The translations under genes were made by a program, and so were the position numbers. The notes under the pieces are model-generated. The model did not search any database. It worked only from the letters and a program-made list of their open reading frames with translations, and was not told where the DNA came from. A DNA stretch of 64,000 nucleotides from Octopus sinensis. Taxonomy: Eukaryota. The DNA lies in the NCBI RefSeq assembly GCF_006345805.1, contig NC_042997.1:143654001-143718000 (forward strand). The letters are read 5' to 3'. This document shows, piece by piece, positions 55,041 through 64,000 of the stretch. Every line of letters begins with the position of its first letter. Position 1 is the first letter of the stretch.

Positions 55041-55679
55041 CTATATTTCAGAGATGAGGAATTATTTACATTCGACAAATATTTGCCCTCATCTTGTTTG
55101 TTGTTAACACAATGTTTCGGCTGACATACCCTCCAGCCTTCATCAGGTGTCTTGGGGGAAATTTCGTACCTAGGTTCTCATTCCTAAGGTATTTTCGATG
55201 ATATTACTGGTGTTAGTAGTCCACGCGCTTAACCACTACGACATATCCCCGTGGGCAACTTTGTAGTGAATTTTAGAGCTTATAAATCTAATATTTTCCT
55301 ATCATTCCTTAATACCGGTTCCCATATGCTACTCATATCTGCACTCGGTCTGCTTAGGAGGTTGTTGTGCCCTAACATATGTGCTGCTTTTAGTTTTCGT
55401 ATTTTCCAGTGGTGTTCTCTATCTATTATTTTAACTTCATTCCACAGGGGGAGGTGGTCTCCATTTTTCCACACATAATCAGCTATACCCGATTTATCAA
55501 TATCTCTTCGTGTCACAGCTTTGCGATGTTCGTTTACCTTTATTTTGAGGGGGCGGCGTGTTTCGCATTTGTATAACCTACCACAGCTGCATGGGATGGA
55601 ATACACGCAGTCTTTGGTCATATTCTCTTCTATTGATGGTTTTACTCGAAGGAGATATTTGCGAAGTGTTGCATTGCTC
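55041..55679 (-). mobile_element. 5'-truncated Penelope element (GIY-YIG C-terminus plus pLTR)
   Basis: CVYSIPCSCGRLYKCETRRPLKIKVNEHRKAV...WNEVKIIDRE; stop at 55280. Confidence 0.88.
55106..55151 (-). ncRNA. Minimal hammerhead in pLTR
   Basis: GACAC-CTGATGA-A-GGCTG(10 nt)CAGCC-GAAA-CA-TT-GTGTT; stem III CG decayed to CA in this copy. Confidence 0.7.
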
Positions 55680-55759
55680 AAGGCTGGAGAGTATATCAGC
55701 CGAAACGTTGTGATAACAACAAACAAGATGAGGACAAATATCCGTCAAATGTAAATAAT
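55680..55759 (+). repeat. Inverted partial pLTR of the same Penelope element
   Basis: About 90% inverted match to 55061-55139; starts inside the HHR core. Confidence 0.9.
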
Positions 55760-55774
55760 GTAAAAAAATAACAT

Positions 55775-55923
55775 ATTAGGAGTGACTGTGTGATAAGTAA
55801 CTTGCTTACCAACCACATGGTTCCCCGTTCAGTCTCACTGCGCGGCACCTTGGGCAAGTGTCGTCTACTATAGCCAAAACCTTGTGAGTGGATTTGATTG
55901 ACGGAAACTGAAAGAAGCCCGTC

Positions 55924-55925
<2 letters not shown>
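55775..55925 (+). mobile_element. SINE family 1, 5' half
   Basis: Head similarity. Confidence 0.8.
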
Positions 55926-55968
<43 letters not shown>

Positions 55969-56179
55969 TATATATTATATATATATATATATATATAGCA
56001 ATTAAAATTAAAGATATGAGAAATATGGATGGTATTATAGTACATCTGATAAAACTAGGAATCTATATAAATTAGATGTTAAATTATATGATAAACTATT
56101 AGGGAAAGAAATAATTAAAAAATATAAAATTGTTCCAGATGATATTCTTTATAATATTAATAAGGCCTCTAAATTAGTA

Positions 56180-56995
56180 ATGTTAAAATATGAGTTGGAT
56201 AATAAAACTGAACCTTATGTACCTTTGCACCCCAGAATTACTCTTAAAGACCATAAAGATAATTTTTATTCAGACCCTAAAGTTAGATTAATTTGCCCAT
56301 GTAAATCTGACCTAGGTAAATTAAGTAAATTTATTTTAGATAAATATATCGATAAGTTAAATAAACTTAATTATTTAAAATTATGGTTTAGTAATAACTA
56401 TACATTGAAATGGTTTAATAATATTAAAGATAAAAATCGTTATAAATTTATTCAAATAGATATAGATAATTATTATTCTTCTATTACTGAAATTGTGTTT
56501 AATAAAGCGCTTATTTTCGCAATGAATAAAGTGGGTATGTCACGCGAAGAAGTTAATGTAATTAAAATGGCTAGGAAATCGCTCATTAAATATAAAAATA
56601 AATTATTGGCTAGGAATGATACCAGAGATTGTTTTGATATACCTATGGGAGCACCAGATTCTGCACAGGCTACTGATTTAGTAGGTATTTTTCTTTTATC
56701 TGAACTCCAATTAGAAAATCTTAAGATAGAGGGTGGCTTATATAGAGACGATCTTCTACTAGTTACAAAGAATTGTACTAATAGGAATCTAGAAGTATAT
56801 AAGAAAAAACTATATAGTTTCTTTAAAAGATATGGTTTAAGTATTACTATATATAAGGAGAATTATAATGTTAATTATTTAGATGTTAATTTTAATCTAA
56901 GTACTGGTAAAACACAACCATATCATAAACTTAATGAGAACCTTAGATATATAAATGTTAATAGTAATCACCCATTTTCTATTAAAAATCGTTGA
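56180..56995 (+). pseudogene. Penelope reverse transcriptase domain
   Basis: ORF with RT motifs (IDIDNYYSSI, PMGAPDS, YRDD, YLDV); frame broken near 56042 and 56995. Confidence 0.9.
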
Positions 56996-57243
56996 TTAAT
57001 AATATAAGTAAACGTATTTCATTACTCTCTTATGATATAGAGATTTTTAATAACATGCTAATTATTATAATGAGGCCCTTAGAGGGGCAGGTTATAATAG
57101 GAATATTAAATTTTATACTATTAGTGATAAAGATTTAAATGATAATTTTCGAGATACTTCTAATAATAATTATAATTTTGTTAGTTTTAGTGGTAAAATA
57201 ATAGATATTATAAAAATAATAATAAAAATGATAAAAATAAAAA

Positions 57244-57274
<31 letters not shown>

Positions 57275-57778
57275 ACAAATAAGAATAATAAAAATAAAAA
57301 TAAATTTAATAATAATTATAATAATTATATTGATAAAATTAATAATATTAATAATTCCTTAAATGCTGTACATAGATATAATTCTGATAATAATTTTAAT
57401 AAAATAAAGAATTATAAATATATTTATAATAATGACAATAATAATAAGGTTAATAAGAATAAAATTTGGTTAATAGTTCCTTATGGAGATCAAGTAAAAA
57501 CGAATATTATCAAAGCGATTTTAGATGTTATAGAACTATTTATTAGAGATAATCGTAAATATAGAAACATTTTCTCTAGTAATAATTTTGGAGTAAGTTA
57601 TTCTACCACTAATAATGTAGGTAACATTATTTCTTCATTTAATAAATTTAAACTGAATAATTTTTATAAAAAGAAATTATTTGATAATAATAATAATAAT
57701 GATAAGACTTATATTAATTGTACTTGTAGAGATAAATCTAATTGTATATTAAATAATAATTGTGATATTAGCGATGTA

Positions 57779-58171
57779 GTGTATAAATGTATAGTTACAT
57801 TACATGATAATAACTTTAAGAATAATAATTACCCAAAAGCGGTTTATATAGGGTCTACTTCCTCAAAAATAAAATTAAGAATCGCACAACATATGAATTC
57901 TTTTAAAAATAAAAACTTAATCAACTCAACTGGACTTAGTAAGTACATTTGGAGTCTTAAATCACAAAATATTAATTATAGTTTAATTTGGGAAATAATT
58001 TGTAAAACTAAATCATATACTATAGGAGCTAATTGTTGTTATTTATGCTCTAATGAGTTTAAAGAAATTTTATTTTATAAGTATGATAATTTACTTAATA
58101 CAGGTGAAGAGCGCAAAATAAAATGCAGACATAGGTTACTTTACCTATATAATAAGTTTCATGATAAATAA
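57779..58171 (+). pseudogene. Penelope GIY-YIG endonuclease domain
   Basis: VYKCIV...VYIGST...RIAQH...CCYLCSNE...LLN...KCRH. Confidence 0.9.
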
Positions 58172-61003
58172 CAATAATAGTTCCCTATTAAAGGTTACTT
58201 TAGTTTAATATTAAATTTAGTTTAGAGTATTATATATATTTAGTTATGTAGTCTAGGCTTTAATTATAGTTAGTCTTTAATTGATATTTCTTTGTTTTAA
58301 TTAGTTCATTTTTAATGTATATTAATATATAACAGTTTATGGTACGTTAAAACTTTAATAATTTATATTAGATTTATTTTCTTTTCTTTACTTATTTATT
58401 TATTTTATTTTATTATGTATTTTTATTATGTATATGTTATATGTATATTTGAGGATATATTCTTATGGATGATTGGGTGTATTTAGTGGTGTGGTGTATA
58501 TATTGAGTTTTGTATGTATGTGTGAATGTTTACGATCCCTTTGTATTTTATTTGGTATGTTGAATTGACAGTTTTTATTTGGGTATTGTCTGTTATAATA
58601 CACGTTTATATAGATATTTGGGTGATTGTCCGTGAATATGTAGGTATGGGTGTGTATGTATGTGTGCGTGTGTACAAGTGCAAGTGTAGATGCGGGAGTG
58701 TATGAGTGCTATGTAATTGAGTGGGATTATTTATGCACTTGTATACATGAATGTTTTGAAAGTGCGTGTGTTTGCACCTGTCTGCGTGTACACACTCATA
58801 TATAAATATAAATATATTAATATTTATTTACTTTTTTGAAAGACTGTTTCTTATATATATGTGTATGTGATGTTATGTGTGAATGTATATATATATATAT
58901 ATATATATATATTTTTTTATATATATATATGTTTATGTTTGTATATGTATTTATTTAATAATTTATTGAGTGTGGGAATGAATATATTGGTGTATAAATC
59001 GAGGTTTGTACGTATGTATATGTTTGTGAGAGTGTGTATATGGTTATGTTTGTGGGTGTGTGTATATATGTGTGTGTATTTGTGTGTATTGTTTTTTGGT
59101 AAGGGGTTTTATTTGTATGTATGGATTTCATTTATCATGATTATTTTATTTAGAATTTTTTAGTATTTTAGTCCCCATGCATTATGGCTTGGTTTGTTGC
59201 TCATGGTAGTTTTTTTATTGGGTATTGTCTTGTAGCCATTCATACGTATATTTGGATGTCTAGGAGAGTGTTCGTGAATATGTATGTTGCATGGGTGTGT
59301 GTGTATGTGTGCGCGTGTATAAGTGCATGTGTAGATGTGGGAGTGCATGGTGCTATGTAAAAGTGTGTGCTTGTGTATGCACTTGTATACATGCATGATT
59401 GATGTGCGTGAGATTGCACCCATTTTTAAGGATGTATATGTTTATTTATCTGTATGGGTGTGGGAGTGAATTTTTGGTGTATATATCGAGGTTTATACGT
59501 ATGTATAGGTATGTGTGAGTGAGGTGGGTATTTGTATATGTCGTGGGTGTGTGGTTTACGTGTGTGTATTTGTGTGTGAATGTATAGGTTAGGGGGATTG
59601 CTATATAGGTATGTTATAGTGTTTAGTAAAGGGAGGTTTTATCATTATATGTATTTATGAGTTTTAGTTTATCATGGTAGTTTTATTAAAGAATTTGTAG
59701 TAATTTATGTCTATTTATGATGTTTGTTATTTTATTACATTATTCCATTCATAATTTTTAAGTAATGTTCGTTTACCACGTGAATATAATTTTTAATTCC
59801 ATTTATTCCATTCATAATTTTAAATGACGTTCGTTTCCAGAGCGCGTATACTTTTTATACATATGTTAGGTTCTTATGGTAACGTAATTTTGTTTGACGT
59901 TTTTAACGGCTAGAGTTTAATTTCACTTCATAAATTGAAACTGATTTGAAAGTATGTATATTTTTTTCTCCTTATGTTAATCTTGTTACTTATGATATTC
60001 TGGTTACTTATGAAGTATTTTATATTTCGTATTATGTGTAGTAATGTTGTTTTTCTTTTGAGTGTTTATGTATGTGTGAATGTGTGTGTGTGTGTGTGCG
60101 TATTTTAGTTGTGTAATTTATTTATCTGTATGAGTGTGGGTGTGAACATATTGTTGTATATATCGAGTTTAGTACGTATGTATATGTATATGTGAGGGGG
60201 TATAAGTATATGTTGTGTGTGTGTGTTTTACGTATGTATATTTGTGTGTGAATGTATATATGGAGATTGCTATATAGGTATAATTGTGTATGGTAAAGGG
60301 AGTTTTATCATTATATGTATATGGGTTTCATTTATCATGATGGTTTATTAATGATTTGTAGTAAATTCTGTATATTTAAGTTGATTATATATTATTCCAT
60401 TCATAATTTTAAAAAAAAACGTTCGATCACCACGTGCAAAGAATTGTTTATTTTGCTTTTGAGTGTTTATGTATGTGTGAATGTGTGTGTGTGTGTGTGT
60501 GTGGGATTATTTGCGTAATTTATTTATCTGTATAGATGTGGGTGTGAATATATTGGTGTATATATCGAGTTCTGTATGTTTGTATATGTATGTGTGAGCG
60601 GGTATACGTATATTGTTTATGAATGTGGGTTGTATGTGTGTGTGAGGGAGTATGAATAAGTATTGTGTTGAAGTATTTGGCTATTTTATTTATTTATCGT
60701 TGCCTAGACGTTTTTATGTGTATGTATAGGGATATATATATATAGGTGTGTGAGTTAGTGTATGTATTTAGATATGGTTATATATACTTAGTTATATGTG
60801 TATGGGTGTATATATAGTTTGTTTTTATTTTGTTTTATATTTAATTGTTGATAGGTTTATTTTAGTTTATATATTGATTATATATGGATTATATATAGGT
60901 TATATATAGATTATATATTTATATTTTTTCATTGATACTTTAATTATTTTAAAATTATTTTTTATACTTATATTTTAAAATATTGATATTTTAGATCGGA
61001 AAT

Positions 61004-61046
61004 CCACCTGAAGATTGTCGATCAAGACATGAAACAATTGTAGTGG
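61004..61046 (+). ncRNA. Minimal type I hammerhead at Penelope 3' end
   Basis: CCAC-CTGAAGA-T-TGTC(GATCAA)GACA-T-GAAA-CAATTG-TA-GTGG. Confidence 0.85.
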
Positions 61047-61131
61047 CGTTTTTTTTTACTTTTTATTAAAATTTTATGTATTGATTAAGTCTTTCCTTGT
61101 TTGTTTTGCAAAATAGTGGTTTTGTCTCTAA

Positions 61132-61196
<65 letters not shown>

Positions 61197-61246
61197 ATAT
61201 ATATATTTAAAAAAAGGAGATGTCGAACACGAGTGGTGATATATAA

Positions 61247-61510
61247 AAAAGGAAATGAAGAAAATGCTGACAAATAATTGAAGTAATTTAAGTAATTTAA
61301 TTAGGTGAAAGTTCTTTTTACCGGTTGCGCATTTGTTATGCTTATCAAAATATAAAAGAGAGATTAGAGTTCCTTTCTAGAAAGGAACTCTAATCTCTCT
61401 TTTATATTTTGATAAGCATAACAAATGCGCAACCGGTAAAAAGAACTTTCACCTAATTAAATTACTTAAATTACTTCAATTATTTGTCAGCATTTTCTTC
61501 ATTTCCTTTT
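61247..61510. repeat. Perfect spacerless 264-bp palindrome
   Basis: Centre between 61378 and 61379 (TTCT|AGAA); 132-bp arms with no mismatch seen. Confidence 0.95.
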
Positions 61511-61524
61511 ATATATATATATAT

Positions 61525-63454
61525 TAGCATTCTTCACTCCACTCTTACCACCTCCATTCACTACAAACACACAGACTCACACTCATACCTCAACTTCTCT
61601 TCCTCCCACCCAGAACACACCAAGCTTTCCATCCCCTATTCCCAATTCCTCCGTCTACGTAGGCTATGTAGTGACGACCATGACTTTGAGACTCAGTCTC
61701 AACGTATGGCTCACCACTTCACTCTACGTGGATACCCCCTCACCACTATCCACACCGCCCTTGCCAGAGCACGGTCCGTGGACCGTGTATCTGCTCTCTC
61801 TCCCCGAACCCGCCCTGTAGTCTCCCGCCTCCCTTTTCCCCTCACTTACCACCCCACGACCCTACGTCTCCAACGCACCATTCTTCGAGCTTTCCGTCAT
61901 CTCCAGTCCGACCCGTCCACTTCACACCTCTTCCCTAACCGACCCCTCCCCTCTTTCAAACGAGCCCACAACCTTCGAGACCTTTTGGTCCATAGCTCCT
62001 TCCCTGACCCTACCTCCCAACCCGGCTCGTTCCCCTGCTCCCGCCACGTTGCCGCACTTGCCCTTACCTCTCCAACACCACCCGCCTCACTAGCACCCAC
62101 CATCGACCCTATCCCATCATCCACTCCTTCACCTGCACCTCCAGCAATATTATCTATTGCATCTCTTGCTCTCTCTGCAATTCCTTGTACATCGGACAAA
62201 CGGGACGCCGCTTGGCTGACCGGTTCGCGGAACACCTTCGTGACATCCACCTTACGAACGACACACCGGTCTCACGCCATTTCCGCTCCACCGGTCACTC
62301 CTTGCAACACCTATCTGTGTTCGGTTTGTCCTTACACAGAGGCCATCCGGATTCCCGTTTGCGCCGTGAACAGGAATTAATCTTCTCTCTTCGCTCTTAT
62401 ACGCCATTTGGTCTCAACTCTCCCCCCCCTCCTCATCTAACCCCCCTCTCCCCCCTCCTCACCTATCCTTTCTCCCCCCGACCCCTACTTCTTCAGTCCT
62501 TCATCCTTTCACCCCTACTCCCCTTCCCTTCTTCCCTCTTTCTCCCTCCCTCTTCCCCTTCCCTCTGCTCCCTCACTCCCTCTCTCCCCCTCTCCCTCTT
62601 TCCTCCTTCATCCCCCTCCTCCCCTTCCTTCTCCCCCATCCTCTCCTCTTCCCCCTTCTCCTCCCCCTCTTCTTCCCCTCCCCTTCCCCCCTCTTCTCCC
62701 CCTCCCCCTCTTCTCCCCCTCTTCTTCCCCTCTTCTCCCCCTCCCCCTCTTCTCCTCACTACACCACATGACTTTACACATCACATCACATATGATGTGC
62801 CATACTAATACACACACCAACTAATACATACTAATACGTACTAATACATACTAGTACATACTAATACTTACATCAAACCTATACATACACACGTCCAGAC
62901 CCCGCATACGCACTTATACTCTCTCACACACACACACACATACCTATACATACCAATACGTACTAATACATACTAATACATACTAATACATACTAATACA
63001 TACACCAACCCCATACATACGCACGTCCAGACCAATCTTACGCACTAATACTCTCTCATACACACACACACACACACACACCCTTATACATACTAATACA
63101 TACACCAACCCTATACATACACACATCCAGACCCCTCCCACGCACTTTTAGCTGGTCCCTCAACCCGTTTATCAACCCTATTATCTCCCCTTATTTCGCT
63201 CTCGCGTCTCATGTTTGATCTTTGACCTCTGGCCGAAATCAGATCGCCATGTTGATTCGTTAGCTACTGCACGCATTTTTTTTCTCTCCTTCTTTCTGTG
63301 TTTTTCTCTCTCTGTGTATCTTTCTGTTGAAGAGCGTAGGCTCGAAACGTTAAAGACTTGTTTTATTTATATTTCCTGAGCGCCATACTAATACAATTGT
63401 TCGTTTGTTTTCCACCTGCCTTCGTCTTTTGTTTATTTTCATAAAGCTTCCCGT
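61525..63454 (+). mobile_element. 5'-truncated Neptune-like Penelope element
   Basis: TSIHYKHTDSHSYL..HPEHTKLSIPYSQFLRLRRLCS; YIGQTGRRLADRFAEHL...EQELIFSL..PFGLN; one 1-nt frameshift near 62045; CT-rich and tactaataca-repeat 3' UTR. Confidence 0.93.
63319..63356 (+). ncRNA. Atypical minimal hammerhead-like fold in pLTR
   Basis: TCTTT-CTGTTGA-A-GAGC(GTAG)GCTC-GAAA-CG-TT-AAAGA. Confidence 0.55.
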
Positions 63455-63479
63455 TATATATATATATATATATATATAC

Positions 63480-63690
63480 ATGTGTGCATGTGTATGCTTG
63501 TGTGTCTGTGTTTGTACCCCCATCATCGCTTGACAACCGATTTTGGTGCGTTTACGTCCCCGTAACTTAGCAGCTCGGCACAAGAAAACGATAGAATAAG
63601 TACTAGGCTTACAAAGAATAAGTCCTAGGGTAGATTTGCTCAACTAAAGGCGGTGCCCCATCATGGCCGCAGTCAAATGACTGAAACAAA
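63480..63690 (+). mobile_element. SINE family 1, 3' half
   Basis: Similarity to other copies. Confidence 0.8.
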
Positions 63691-63761
63691 TAAAATATTA
63701 TTAATGCGTTTTATCACAGTTATCTTGAGGAAGAATATGACCAAGTATTTATTTACACAGT

Positions 63762-64000
63762 GGAGGCGCAATGGCCCAGTGGTTAGGGCAGCGGACTCGC
63801 AGTCGGAGGATCGCGGTTTCGTTTCCCACACCGGGCGTTGTGTTTGTGTTTACTGAGCGAAAACACCTAAGACTCCACGAGGCTCCAGCAGGAGGTGGTG
63901 GCAACCCCTGTTGTATTCTTTCGCCCCAACTTTCTCTCACTCTTTCTCCCTGTTTCTTGAGTAACGCAACGATGGACTGGTGTCCCGTCCAGCTGGGGTG
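63762..64000 (+). mobile_element. SINE family 3 (runs off window end)
   Basis: Homologous to 37240-37627 head. Confidence 0.85.

Larger units (their letters stand above)
55998..61138 (+). mobile_element. AT-rich Penelope-clade retroelement, 5'-truncated, few frameshifts, very long 3' UTR
   Basis: SDKTRNLYKL, PMGAPDS, GLYRDDLL, YLDVNF, SNHP, CTCRDKSNC, VVYK..YIGST; HHR at 3' end; (TA)n on both sides. Confidence 0.92.

Noticed and set aside
61484-61524. N-terminus of ORF 61484-62380 (MSAFSSFPFIYIYI)
   Set aside because: It comes from the palindrome arm and (TA)n, not from the Penelope ORF

Overview
This is an AT-rich, microsatellite-dense eukaryotic genomic window, inferred from its SINE and LINE repertoire to be a cephalopod (Octopus-like). 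It has no long intact host ORF, and most of the ORF track is microsatellite or retroelement artefact. Main result: bases 1-5140 are a near-homogeneous tandem array of a ~480-bp unit, and each of the 11 visible units carries an identical minimal type I hammerhead ribozyme (HHR) fold plus a second long hairpin. This resembles a retrozyme-like, self-cleaving satellite. The window also holds three distinct Penelope-like element (PLE) families with their own terminal HHRs: an AT-rich RT+GIY-YIG copy with a ~2.9-kb 3' UTR, two Neptune-like copies with an atypical HHR core, and a truncated copy with an inverted pLTR. A further orphan HHR candidate has an enlarged stem II. Other content: R4/Dong-like and RTE LINE fragments, three non-autonomous Helitrons, a piggyBac-type MITE, three tRNA-derived SINE families (one propagating as a dimer), a perfect 264-bp palindrome, and two to three tiny phase-compatible minus-strand exons suggesting most of the window is intron of an unidentified host gene. 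All calls were made by eye; folds and family names need computational confirmation.
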